DNA from: Raillietiella orientalis
Lineage: Eukaryota
Direction: 5' to 3'
NCBI GenBank assembly: GCA_036172245.1
Contig: JAYWIR010000060.1
Span: forward strand, 1 to 64,000
DNA length: 64,000 bases
Shown: positions 12,691 to 26,100 of the stretch, piece by piece
Layout: every line of letters starts with the position of its first letter
Position numbering within the stretch: position 1 is the first letter of the stretch
Program-made: the position numbers and the translations under genes
Notes under the pieces: generated by a model
The model's input: the letters and a program-made list of their open reading frames with translations, nothing else
Told to the model about the DNA's origin: nothing
Database searches by the model: none

Positions 12691-15600
12691 ACTGTGAGGT
12701 TTTTCATGAAGAGACTCAGTGAGATTTCTTTTCCAGAAGAAGCATCCACGTATGAAAGGACCAAAAATACTCCAAGTCTTTGACATACGAAAGTACATCA
12801 AACTGGTTGCAGAGATCTCTGTCGGACGTGAAAAGCTCTTGCTTCGCATACTCAGGATTTACACACGTTGCCATAGAAACGTCATTACGCTTGTGCTGCT
12901 CATAGCTTTCCGAATGTGCCTTATGGGTAAGCTTGCAGCGTCGGTCGTTGGCCACTATGACCACTATGAAGCGGCAGCTGAGACGATGCTCCTGAGGAAA
13001 TCCACCTAAAGATGCCGCCGAGACAATCTCTTTGCCAGGAGGTGTTGCTGCATGTTGCCTGCTGGGGGGAAGGAATTCCTCATGCCGGAATGATCGCCTG
13101 CAACTGGCCATTGCAGCGTTCCCACGAAACGACTCTCCCAAAGTGAATCACGTTATCTCGTGGGACTCAGATATTCCTCCGCTGAAAGTAAACTTTGTCC
13201 TCGGGAGGCTCAAACAAGCGCGCAAGCTGCAGATTTCTCAGGAGTAACGGTGGAGATTCCGTCGTTGACAACCACGATCCTGAAGCGATGTGCTTCATTC
13301 GATGAACCGAGTACCTCAGCTTAACCTATTCCTTGGCGACCAGAGATGAAGGTCGCCAAGGTAACGAGCTCAGGGGCACAAAGCAGCACAGAAAACTCCC
13401 TGCTACGACGGAAGAAACGAACTTTCCGTTAGCTCCATGGAGAAATTCCATATCGCGAGAGACAGGGAGGAAATAAATGAGATCAGCCCCTCATCTCATC
13501 GATACTGTTAATTGCAATCTGCCGCGTGCTTTCCGAACTTTCGCGAAAGTGAGTGTCGATAGGAGGAAGAAACATTGGGTAACTGAATTTCGACATGAAC
13601 GGCTCGATGTGACTTGCAGATCGTGTGCTGTGAACTGAGGTTTCTTCAGTTGAACGGAGCAATGTGGCAAGTGAAAAAAATAATGGAGTTGACAGCATTT
13701 TCATTCCAAAAGTCTATGTGGAAGGAAGGCTGTCGATCGAATTGCCGTGAGGACCTTTGGACAGAAGTCGGATGGACATGGATGGGATGAGAGCTCCTCA
13801 TTACCGCATGACTGCCTCCAGCTGTCATCACGTGCGCTCTCTCCTGCTGACTGCACGACTGCCTTCAGAAAATCACATGCATGTCACACGAGCGAACCAT
13901 CATTGCTCCACGGCCACATCACGTCCACTGAAGCACCTATCTTTTTCGGTTTCGGAAAATTCCAATGTCTGGTGATCGCGATTGCTAGGGCAACACGAGT
14001 CCTACAAAGTAAGGATCGAGAATCTTCCGGTTCTCATTGCTACTTGCGTGCACAATTCTGCTGTTGTTACTTTTATAGCTCGCCGAGATGGGACTCCATA
14101 AATCGCCAAATATTCATCTGAGGCGTCGCAAAACTGATCCTTCGAATTCAAGGGAATGCTGTTTTTTCTGAAAATGAGGATCTTTGACCACCGTTCAAAG
14201 TACAGCCTTTCCCAGCAAAAGAAAGTGTAAGAGGAAAGATGCAAACCTCTCCGTGGTTGTCTTTCTGCATTGCGACGAAATTTTTCCATGAACAGAGCAC
14301 CAAACCTTTCTTTCTTTTACAGTAATTTTCAACCTTCTCGTACATACCACAAAGGTACATCTCACTTGCTCGGAGCGTCACTTTTGAGTTCTCCTCGATC
14401 GAAGGATGAAGATATTATGGCCATTCAGAAGGACTTGGTAATCAGTCGAAACCATGTAGTTAGTCATGGGTTCCGAGCTGACGTGGACATACATATTCCG
14501 CTCACGGCATTCTTCTTGATGCATTGTGCGTGTCGACTGCCGAAGGAAAATCCATCTGCCTGAGCGCTCAGTTTTTCGAGCAGTAAACACTTTGCTCGGA
14601 ATGCGCTGTACTTCTCGAAAGCAGAGTTCCAGAGCGATTGGCATCTCTGTTCTCCGTGTAGAGGATCTCAGTATCTGGACCGGACATCGACATTGCGAAC
14701 AGGCCGAAGCACCTCATTCATGTCAGAGTTTAACCGAGCACTCATTTCATCCCCCGTGCGTTGCGTACTCGTGCATTGCGGTCATCTCAAGCTAGAATGA
14801 CAGCAGGGTCACTATGTGAAGAAGGTGGCCACTTCCGAGCGGGAAATGCGAAAAAGTTCATCTGGAATGAGGGATTGTATCCGTGGTTTGTCCGGAACAG
14901 AGCAACCAAAATAAAATCCGCTGTTGCATGTGAAGACAGAATTATCAGCTGACAGATGGATGACGCAGTGCGCTGCTGCTGGGAAGGTCGATCGTCGGAT
15001 CAGCGTGGGTACGGAATCCCTTGATAGGACAGGGGAAAAGAAGGCTCCCCACAGGGAAGACCAATGTGGCGGTGTTTGGGACAGCTCAAGTGCCCCATAA
15101 GCGCTCACACGGACATTGCCTGCCTGTGGACCAGGTATCACTCAGCAGTGATATGACCACTTCAGGAGAGCAAGCTTCCAGGTCACCAAAGCCTCTTTGC
15201 CATTGTGACTATCGAAAACTGGAAGACTCTGACGAAGCTGACACTTCTCATGGGGAGCGCGTAGCCAGAGGTGCAATAGGGTGGTTCTCAGATAATGGCT
15301 TGCGCTCATCGCCGAGCTCGCTTGCCTATTTTTCCAACTGCCACATCGTAGGAGTGGAGAGCGCTACTCTTCGACTGCTGCTCATGCATCCGACTGTTTA
15401 CTGTGTTTTTGCAGCCATGACTTTCGCACAAACTGATGGAGAAGGAAAATGAGCACGGATTTGCAGCTGTCGATAAGAATTCAGCCTCGAAAGAGCAGAG
15501 CTGGAGGCCACGTGATGCAACATGGAAAAAGCACTGCATAGCTGAAACATTCTCAAAGTGCCACCGTGCATGAACACCGTACGTGACTACAACGCTTGCC

Positions 15601-16199
15601 AGCCTCATGTCGTCACAGCGTGGCATTTGCATCGGGCGCCTTCAGGAAGCCGGAAACGGATCCAGCATCAACGTGAGAGGAGCATTCCCTAGGGAACAAC
15701 TGGGTAGTTCGTTCCGAGCTACTAACAACTTTCCCCATTTGCCGCCGCCAAACATTGCTCACATGGTTCCCTTCGTGCGGGATGACCACATGTACTTTCC
15801 TGGAAACAGAAAACACTTCAGACATAAGCGAAACTCCTCTTAACTTTTTTGCATTCATCTCCACGTAAGTGGCTATAAAACTGTCTTGCTCGTTGACAGT
15901 GACTATGGGAAGAATCGGGAATAGTGCAAGGCACCGCGCGAAAACATCCCGATGGCGACCAGCACGCAAGATGGGACATCACTCGAGAAATCGCAAGAAA
16001 AAGTAGGAAACTGGAATACCGAGCGGCATATCAACATTCTGACGTCTTCCCCCCAGCCGCCCGACTAGTCCAATGGGCTTCTTCCATGAGACCACTAACT
16101 CCTAATGGTCCCGGAACACCGAGACATTCTCCCGATGTTCCTCGGCATTTTTAGCTTCCCTTCAAGTGGCAGCAGGACGTCATTGGAGCCCTCACTAGG

Positions 16200-16850
16200 C
16201 GCTCTGTTGAGGCCAGAGCCGGCGCTGCTGAACAAGGAAAAGTGTGACCTCGGAATGTGCCCAGCGCGGAGAAACGAAAACCCTTCTGCACCTACTGATT
16301 GTGCAGATCGCCCTTCGGTATGTGTGGCAATGCCACGCCACCGCCCTACAATCAGAAAGCGACAATTCCAAAAACGTGATGGAACTGCTCAGTGGCGTAG
16401 CGCAATTCCGCATCGGTCTCAGCTGCGCGCTGCCTCCGCGCAAGGCCCAGGCAACAGGCGATGCTGCAAGAGGTTCTCTCAAACAGATCGCGAGAGGCTG
16501 TTTCCTCTTGAATAGGACCTTGAGATGACCCGATCCATGTCGAAACCAGGAGGAGCTTGCATGCATTCTGGACAGAATGCTGGAAACAACAGGAAGGGCT
16601 CAGTCAGCTCTTTCCTTGCCTTCCCACCGTTCCCTAATATTTCAAGAACCCTTTCTTTCTTGTACATTCTTTTCTCACACTTATTTCCTTTTTTACCCTA
16701 TGTGGAGCTCTCAAGGACATTCCTTCTCGGGCATGAATACCTTCCGGGATGTCTCCCTACTTGGCAAGACGATGCTGCTACGGTCGAATCACCCTCCCCA
16801 TTTCCCGATACATTAACAGACGATACATTTCTAGATATGTGGCTTTCCCT
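16200..16850 (+). mobile_element. Decayed LINE 3' fragment (zinc-knuckle remnant and T-rich UTR); mirrored at ~20430-21070
   Basis: SECAQRGETKTLLHLLIVQIALRYVW resembles the knuckle followed by W in L1/Tx1 ORF2; a pyrimidine-rich tail follows. Confidence 0.45.
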
Positions 16851-16979
16851 AGAAACACCTCGTCGTACAAGACGCCTTGCTGCGTGAGCACTCAGCGACC
16901 CCGCCTATGTGGTGCGAACAAACTGAATCTATTCAAGAGATGAGTCTGGTGTGGTTGACAGTGTGGTAGGAAATAATAC

Positions 16980-17500
16980 CACGAAACACAAATAAGGAGG
17001 ACGCGTATGTGGAAAGAATTTTGTTGGAACATCTCAATGGACGGTGGCAGCTGCCGCGAAAGAATCAATTCCAGGAACCAGGAAGATGTGGAGCCGACCT
17101 GGACAGCAGAGCCGGACTGGATCCACTTGGATGTAATGTCCTCAAACCAAACACTTCGAACGGATCCGCTGGATCTTCTCCAAGTGGTTGGTTGGAGGAC
17201 TGGGACGTTGCAGAAGTCTGGTGCGGCCGTTCCGGAAAAGTCCAAATGGCGATCGGCCCGTTCCAGAACGACAAATTTTGTTTGACGCAACGCACTCCGG
17301 TGCGGAGCTCGGATGTGCCGCCTCTCCTTCAGCACCACCTCTCTGGTATCTTCTTCTTCGCGGTCGTCAAGGACGGACCGAAAAACCTTCCAACAGGTGC
17401 CCATTCCGGCAAAGGGAAGTTCACATTCTGAAGTAAGGTCTTCTGTGGTCCGAGTAAGGATGCTGGACTAGGGCTCCCAACGCTTTAGCAGCTGGAGATT
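16980..17500 (+). mobile_element. RT C-terminal fragment of the same Tx1-like family as 767-2945, crossing the arm/spacer boundary
   Basis: VAEVWCGRSGKVQMAIGPFQNDKFCLTQRTPV aligns with AAEAWSDRLQKMELAIGPFRDGKFYLQERAAV. VFCGPSKDAGLGLPTL aligns with DLCAPRRDGGLGLLTL. Confidence 0.8.
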
Positions 17501-18179
17501 CCGTTCCACCTGCGCACACCCTTTTGTTGAAAGGTTATTTATCAGCCAACTCGTGTCATTTGCCACGAAAAGCGATTGCATGCGTTGGACTTTCTTCCGT
17601 TTTCGCGGCAAATCACACGAGTTTTAGCCTCTTCAGCAGTCAGCTACGTCGAATGGTTGCCTTGGTTGCGGAGGATCTCCTGCTGCCCCTTCGGCCTCAC
17701 TCTTTCACTTTACAAGTCAGTTTTAGCTCTTGTAGGTAAAGTGTGGAGGCTCGAGGAAGGCAGACTACGTTAGTCTTCGAAGAAACAGATACGCTCGACA
17801 TGCTTGGGAGGATATTCCCTGCAATCCGCCCAAGTTCCCGTGGGGTTTGTTCTGCCCCTCATCCCCATCGCTGCCATCCTTGAGAGAAAACAGAGCCGAA
17901 GTGATCGCATGAACGCAGGAAGCAAAGTGCTGCTGCATTGCATTAAAAAGGAAAACTCTTTGCGCACCAAGAAATCCGCAGCCAACGGATGCGGCGACCT
18001 GGTGTGCCCCACCAGGAAAACTTCTTCGATGGGACGAGCTGCTGGGGATTGCAAGGAAATCCCGATGTGACTCCCGGTTCTGCAGAGCAACCGTTCCCTC
18101 TCTGCCCACGCTCCGGATATCCGAGGGCAATACCCGGAGACGTTATCAAGCGCCTGTTTGCGTGGGAGGCGCGGACTCA

Positions 18180-18960
18180 CGAGTCGCGTGCGTAGCAGCT
18201 GCTTCTTCAACGCGAGGGACAGTATGGGTATGGAACGCCACGTGAAGGCGCCAACACGCCAGTGGTGTCGGTGCCCATTCGGGAAACGACAAATGCCACC
18301 TTCACAGCATCTTCCACATGAGGAAAGCGACGTTGCGCATCACGCTGGGATTCCTTCCATGTGCCCCCAAATGCATTTTTGATGACACTCTTTCTTAGGT
18401 TTGTTCCGTTTTTCTTCACACTATGCGTCCCTGCGTAAAACCCCGGGCGACCGGTGGAAAGAACTCTCTTTGTGTTTTCCACTTGGAAGGACAATTCTTC
18501 TGCAAAATAACCGAATTCTTTATCATTATTATCCTAAGACAAATAACCCATCAGATGCGGTTGAACGACTACGCTCTCACTCGTGCAACCGTACACTTCT
18601 TTTTGTTGGCGAGTTTGCCCATTCCCCCCCACAGGGTGAGTTCGAAGCATTCCTCGAGCGTGTCCTCCGGGCGTGGGGAACAACAAATGGGGCTGTCGGG
18701 TTACTTACTGCGACACCCCGTGCAAAAATGCCATCGAGAATCGCGTTCCCTGTCTATCGCCTCCGATCGCGAGAGCATGTGGCACCCCTGACTGCCTGCG
18801 TGTCCGCTAAAAGCACTTATGGGCATTCTCGCTCCTGTGGAATGCGTTGCAACCGTCTGTGGTTCCAGTGGTCATTGCTGAGGAACAGGTCGGAAGTCGG
18901 GGAAACGGGTGGTTACCCATTCCGTGGCTTGACGTGGTCACGTTGCCCGTGGACGTTCAA
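18180..18960 (+). repeat. Diverged third copy of the unidentified block at ~8590-9350 (and its mirror ~27950-28705)
   Basis: Shared blocks such as gaaagaactctc.ttgtgtttt.cacttggaag and atcgcgagagcatgtggcacccctgactgcctgcgtgtcc occur in collinear order. Confidence 0.85.
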
Positions 18961-20181
18961 GGAGGCAATGCCGGACGGACACAAAGCTGAAAACGCCTGG
19001 GAGATCTCTGTGATCCCTTCCTTTATCTCTTCCTTTTTCCCAATATTATATTCTGGACTTCGGCTCCAATTGAAAACCCACGAGCCTTGCGACGGTCGCT
19101 CCCCTTGGGACGTTTCGATTTGACCTCTTTCTGATTCGTTCCTGTCGTTTTCTCGTTTTGAAAGTGGAGTACATTAGCGTCGCCAATTTGCTTGGCACTG
19201 AGCGGCGATTCCATACCGCCACCGTTGGTCGCCCTCCTCGCCTCTTCGACTGTGTCCTCAATCGCCGCGTTGCCGTCGGGAAAAATCCGACAGGCTCGAA
19301 CGAGCGTCGGGATGTCACGGCGCTTAGCCGATTTGCCCGTGTCGGCTTCATCCCTCGTGTGTGTTACCACCGTCCGACCCGCTTCGTCGGTCATTCTTTC
19401 CCCTCTTTCGGGAATAGTTGACCGTATCTCTGTTGGCTGCTGCACTCTCATAAGTGACCTCTTTTGTTGTTCCTTTCCTTTTGTTTCAGTGCTCTAAAGA
19501 CGTGCTTTTTTTATCTTTTGTCGATTACCCCCTCTTTTTGAGCAAGCTCCCCCCATGTGGCCCATCTGTCCGTGGCGACGCCTACTTGTTTGAAGGCGCC
19601 TCCTCCTCTTTGGATGTTCGGTTCGTTGCTGCATACTTTGGATGTCCTGGGGATGCGCTTGTCGACGCATTCTTCTCTCAACTTTGTCTTAAGGGGAGGG
19701 CGCTCGCCTTCCAGCACGGCGACCCTGGCTGCTGCTAAGCCGCCAAATGCTCCCTGGAATTTTGGAAAAAGCACCACTCGAAACAGTACGCGTACGCAGT
19801 CGTTGCTTTCGAGTGCTGTTACGGAGGATGTCGTTCTCGTTTACGCGCAGCTTCAAAGAGCCGGTCAAGAGGACCACAGCTGAATCCCAGCGGTCACGAG
19901 GTTGGGCCTTCTTACCAAGATGTTCACGATGTACTCTGCGGTCGTCAAAAGCAAACTCCCGGTTTGCAATTGCAGACTCCGTGATTTCATCCCTACGTGC
20001 AACAAAGTGGCCATGAAGGTTTCTTTTGGCGGCGTTGTGGTTTCGCGATCGCTCCTCGAAGGAGCGCGCAACCGACTCGAGTCGTAGACGGATTACCTTC
20101 TACAAAAGGGTGGGTCGATATCCTGAAGTGAAGATGGTCGTTCACTGCGCCTCGACCGCAGGCATGAAAGTGGCAACGATA

Positions 20182-23100
20182 CGGCTCCACATCTTCCTGG
20201 TTCCTGGAATTGATTCTTTCGCGGCAGCTGCCTCCGTCCATTGAGATGTTCCAACAAAATTCTTTCCACATACGCGTCCTCCTTATTTGTGTTTCGTGGT
20301 ATTATTTCCTACCACACTGTCAACCACACCAGACTCATCTCTTGAGTAGATTCAGTTTGTTCGCACCACATACGCGGGGTCGCTGAGTGCTCACGCAGCA
20401 GGGCGTCTTGTACGACGAGGGGTTTCTAGGGAAAGCCACATATCTAGAAATGTATCGTCTGTTAATGTATCGGGAAATGGGGAGGCTGATTCGACCGTAG
20501 CAGCATCGTCTTGCCAAGTAGGGAGACATCCCGGAAGGTATTCATGCCCGAGAAGGAATGTCGTTGAGAGCTCCACATAGGGTAAAAAAGGAAATAAGTG
20601 TGAGAAAAGAATGTACAAGAAAGAAAGGGTTCTTGAAATATTAGGGAACGGTGGGAAGGCATGGAAAGAGCTGTCTGAGCCCTTCCTGTTGTTTCCAGCA
20701 TTCTGTCCAGAATGCATGCAAGCTCCTCCTGGTTTCGACATGGATCGGGTCATCTGAAGGTCCTATTCAAGAGGAAACAGCCTCTCGCGATCTGTTTGAG
20801 AGAACCTCTTGCAGCATCGCCTGTTGCCTGGGCCTTGCGCGGAGGCAGCGCGCAGCTGAGACCGATGCGGAATTGCGCTACGCCACTGAGCAGTTCCATC
20901 ACGTTTTTGGAATTGTCGCTTTCTGATTGTAGGGCGGTGGCGTGGCATTGCCACACATACCGAAGGGCGATCTGCACAATCAGTAGGTGCAGAAGGGTTT
21001 GCGTTTCTCCGCGCTGGGCACATTCCGAGGTCACACTTTTCCTTGTTCAGCAGCGCCGGCTCTGGTTCCACGGGATGCCCAATGAGGTGGTCTCAACGAC
21101 GTGTCCTGCTGCCACTTGAAGGGAAGCTAAAAACTGCCGAGGAACATCGGGAGAATGTCTCGGTGTTCCGGGACCATTAGGAGTAAGTGGTCTCATGGAA
21201 GAAGCCCTTTGGACTAGTCGGGCGGCTGGGGGGAAGACGTCTGAATGTTGATATGCCGCTCGGTATTCCAGTTTCCTACTTTTTCTTGCGATTTCTCGAG
21301 TGATGTCCCATCTTGCGTGCTGGTCGCCATCGGGATGTTTTCTAAGTGCGGTGCCTTGCACCCGTCTATTCCCTCTGATTCTTCCCATAGTCAACGTCAA
21401 CGAGCAAGGATAATGCAGGAAGCCGACCACATGCGGAGATGAATGCAAAAAAGTTAAGAGGAGTTTCGCTTATGTCTGAAGTGTTTTCTGTTTCCAGGAA
21501 AGTACATGTGGTCATCCCGCACGAAGGGAACCATGTGAGCAATGTTTGGCGGCGGCAAATTGGGAAAGTTGTTAGTAGCTCGGAACGAACTACCCAGTTG
21601 TTCCCTAGGGAATGCTCCTCTCACGTTGATGCTGGATCCGTTTCCGGCTTCCTGAAGCCGCCCGATGCAAATGCCACGCTGTGACGACATGAGGCTGGCA
21701 AGCGTTGTAGTCACGCACGGTGTTCATGCACGGTGGCACTTTGAGAATGTTTCAGCTATGCAGTGCTTTTTCCATGTGGCATCACGTGGCCTCCAGCTCT
21801 GCTCTTTCGAGGCTGAATTCTTATCGACAGCTGCAAATCCGTGCTCATTTTCCTTCTCCATCAGTTTGTGCGAAAGTCATGGCTGCAAAAACACAGTAAA
21901 CAGTCGGATGCATGAGCAGCAGTCGAAGAGTAGCGCTCTCCACTCCTACGATGTGGCAGTTGGAAAAATAGGCAAGCGAGCTCGGCGATGAGCGCAAGCC
22001 ATTATCTGAGAACCACCCTATTGCACCTCTGGCTACGCGCTCCCCATGAGAAGTGTCAGCTTCGTCAGAGTCTTCCAGTTTTCGATAGTCACAATGGCAA
22101 AGAGGCTTTGGTGACCTGGAAGCTTGCTCTCCTGAAGTGGTCATATCACTGCTCAGTTATACCTGGTCCACAAGCAGGCAATGTCCGTGTGAGCGCTTAT
22201 CGTCACTTGAGCTGTCCCAAACACCGCCACATTGGTCTTCCCTGTGGGGAGCCTTCTTTTCCCCTGTCCTATCAAGGGATTCCGTACCCACGCTGATCCG
22301 ACGATCGACCTTCCCAGCAGCAGCGCACTGCGTCATCCATCTGTCAGCTGATAATTCTGTCTTCACATGCAACAGCGGATTTTATTTTGGTTGCTCTGTT
22401 CCGGACAAACCACGGATACAATCCCTCATTCCAGATGAACTTTTTCGCATTTCCCGCTCGGAAGTGGCCACCTTCTTCACATAGTGACCCTCCTGTCATT
22501 CTAGCTTGAGATGACCGCAATGCACGAGTACGGAACGAACGGGGGATGAAATGAGTGCTCGGTTAAACTCTGACATGAATGAGGTGCTTCGGCCTGTTCG
22601 CAATGTCGATGTCCGGTCCAGAAACTGAGATCCTCTACACGGAGAACAGAGATGCCAATCGCTCTGGAACTCTGCTTTCGAGAAGTACAGCGCATTCCGA
22701 GCAAAGTGTTCACTGCTCGAGAAAGTGAGCGCTCAGAGAGATGGATTTTCCTTCGGCAGTCGACACGCACAATGCATCAAGAAGAATGCCGTGAGCGGAA
22801 TATGTATGTCCACGTCAGCTCGGAACCCATGACTAACTACATGGTTTCGACTGATTACCAAGTCCTTCTGAATGGCCATAATATCTTCATCCTTCGATCG
22901 AGGAGAACTCAAAAGTGACGCTCCGAGCAAGTGAGATGTACCTTTGTGGTATGTACGAGAAGGTTGAAAATTACTGTAAAAGAAAGAAAGGTTTGGTGCT
23001 CTCTTCATGGAAAAATTTCGTCGCAATGCAGAAAGACAACCACGGAGAGGTTTGCATCTTTCCTCTTACACTTTCTTTTGCTGGGAAAGGCTGTACTTTG

Positions 23101-26100
23101 AACGGTGGTCAAAGATCCTCATTTTTGGAAAAAACAGCATTCCCTTGAATTCGAAGGATCAGTTTTGCGACGCCTCAGATGAATATTTGGCGATTCATGG
23201 AGTCCCATCTCAACGAGCTATAAAAGTAACAACAGCAGAATTGTGCACGCAAGTAGCAATGAGAACCGGAAGATTCTCGATCCTTACTTTGTAGGACTCG
23301 TGTTGCCCTAGCAATCGCGATCACCAGACATTGGAATTTTCCGAAACCGAAAAAGATAGGTGCTTCAGTGGACGTGATGTGGCCGTGGAGCAATGATGGT
23401 TCGCTCGTGTGACATGCATGTGATTTTCTGAAGGCAGTCGTGCAGTCAGCAGGAGAGAGCGCACGTGATGACAGCTGGAGGCAGTCATGCGGTAATGAGG
23501 AGCTCTCATCCCATCCATGTCCATCCGACTTCTGTCCAAAGGTCCTCACGGCAATTCGATCGACAGCCTTCCTTCCACATAGACTTTTGGAATGAAAATG
23601 CTGTCAACTCCATTATTTTTTTCACTTGCCACATTGCTCCGTTCAACTGAAGAAACCTCAGTTCACAGCACACGATCTGCAAGTCACATCGAGCCGTTCA
23701 TGTCGAAATTCAGTTACCCAATGTTTCTTCCTCCTATCGACACTCACTTTCGCGAAAGTTCGGAAAGCACGCGGCAGATTGCAATTAACAGTATCGATGA
23801 GATGAGGGGCTGATCTCATTTATTTCCTCCCTGTCTCTCGCGATATGGAATTTCTCCATGGAGCTAACGGAAAGTTCGTTTCTTCCGTCGTAGCAGGGAA
23901 TTTTCCGTGTTGCTTTGTGCCCCTGAGCTCGTTACCTTGGCGACCTTCATCTCTGGTCGCCAAGGAATAGGTTAAGCTGAGGTACTCGGTTCATCGAATG
24001 AAGCACATCGTTTCAGGATCGTGGTTGTCAACGACGGAATCTCCACCGTTACTCCTGAGAAATCTGCAGCTTGCGCGCTTGTTTGAGCCTCCCGAGGACA
24101 AAGTTTACTTTCAGCGGAGCAATATCTGAGTCCCACAAGATAACGTGATTCACCTTGGGAGAGTCGTTTCGTGGGAACGCTGCAATGGCCAGTTGCAGGC
24201 GATCATTCCGGCATGAGGAATTCCTTCCCCCCAGCAGGCAACATGCAGCAACACCTCCTGGCAAAGAGATTGTCTCGGCGGCATCTTTAGGTGGATTTCC
24301 TCAGGAGCATCGTCTCAGCTGCCGCTTCATAGTGGTCATAGTGGCCAACGACCGACGCTGCAAGCTTACCCATAAGGCACATTCGGAAAGCTATGAGCAG
24401 CACAAGCGTAATGACGTTTCTATGGCAACGTGTGTAAATCCTGAGTATGCGAAGCAAGAGCTTTTCACGTCCGACAGAGATCTCTGCAACCAGTTTGATG
24501 TACTTTCGTATGTCAAAGACTTGGAGTATTTTTGGTCCTTTCATACGTGGATGCTTCTTCTGGAAAAGAAATCTCACTGAGTCTCTTCATGAAAAACCTC
24601 ACAGTGCTCTTCGGCCTGCAACCGAAGCGTTTGAAAACACCTACAACATACGCTTGTTCCGTGTGTCGACAAGCATGCAGATGGATTGAGGGAAAGCTAC
24701 CGTTATTCACAGATACTTCGTGGTAATCGTTTTGCAGATGAAAAGATTGATGCAAGCAAAGTGGCTATTGTGCCCCCATCTGAAATTTACTGGCACCTCC
24801 TTCGTTTCAATTCCTTCCCTACCTGCAAACCAAAAGTCTGGGTCGGCCTCGTAAGGAATTCAGCAGCTTCCGAGAACGAGCAAAGTGCCATCTCCAAAGA
24901 AAGAAGATCCACCGCGTGTTCCTTCTCGTACTGCATGCGTCAGATCGGCGTTGTCTTCCAAGGACCCCCGGTAAGACGGATGTGAGTCCATTGGCATGGC
25001 GACCAAGCGACCGTTGGTGGTTCTCCGTGGTGGTTGAACACCAATAGCGTATAAATTATGTCGAAGCTCTTCGCCACCCTTGCGGTCCTCTTTTTGCCTT
25101 TGGCTGCTCTCCACACGTCCGCAATCCACTTGCTGGTTGACCGTACAACTCTATCTCCATAAAGCATCGAGAGTGGAGAGACATATTTAATGCCACGTGG
25201 AGATGGTCGCTGATCTGATATGTCCAACCGACTTCCTTCAGTACTTCTTTGTCTTTAGTCTGAAAACCCAGCAGAATGACACAACTGGCTGTCCGAACCG
25301 TGCGTGCATGGCATCGTCATCACGATTTTTTCCTTTGCATCCCGGTTTCACTCCTCATGTCACTGCGAGAGGTCCTCACCCTTCTTCCGCCTGGTTTCTC
25401 GGAACTCCTGAAAAGAGTGCGTTCGAGAAACTTCTCGCTCTGTTCACCTTATGGAAAAACGAGACCTGCATTTCTCCCGCTATTCCTTAGAGAGATGGAA
25501 TCTGGAAATAAAAATTTCCTATGGTGTGACTTTTTGATAGCCTCCCAACTGCGTACGAAGATGCTCCATATGGGCCGGAAAGGTTAAGCAGATAGTGATA
25601 AGCCACACCCTTTAAATACTCGGCTGCTCTCCTTGCTTGCGAAAGTTGCCTTTGCGTTAAGACCTTCCACTCTTCTAAAGTTTGACGGGAATAAGAATCG
25701 GAGGATGATTCGGTTTCTCCTGCTGTCACTCATCGTCTTCCAGGCCTCTGCGAGGACCCCTCAGCGTGGCCAAAACTTGCTGGAAAATCTGATACACGTC
25801 TGGAATCTCCCAAAGGTAACGAACTTTTTGCGAGTTTCTGACTGAATGCATGGCGGAAGGTCACCGAGAGATCGTTTGTGCACCCTCTCCTACCATCGCT
25901 CATGATGGTAGAATGCGTCAATCATTCCCGTGTTCCGAGTGTTCAGAACCTTCAACGACTTCTCTCTGGTTCGAGGGGTCTTACGAAAATTCGTTGAAGG
26001 ATTGGGGAGACTTCGGTAGGAGACGTGGCTGCATGTGCAATACGGCGCAAATGGGTCCTCAGGGTGACCAGGCAAAACAGGAAACCATTTGGATTGTTCG

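Larger units (their letters stand above)
4055..17096 (+). repeat. Left arm of a ~13 kb inverted duplication (palindrome)
   Basis: Dozens of ORFs are mirrored, with coordinate sums of ~37296 in the outer part and ~37278 in the inner part (e.g. 4114-4335+ vs 32961-33182-; 16525-16887+ vs 20391-20753-). Similarity ends at ...gaagatgtggagccg, ~17096. Confidence 0.97.

Noticed and set aside
12700..16150. Multi-exon gene in the inner part of the arms
   Set aside because: ORFs are conserved only because of the duplication; no recognisable domain or splice model.
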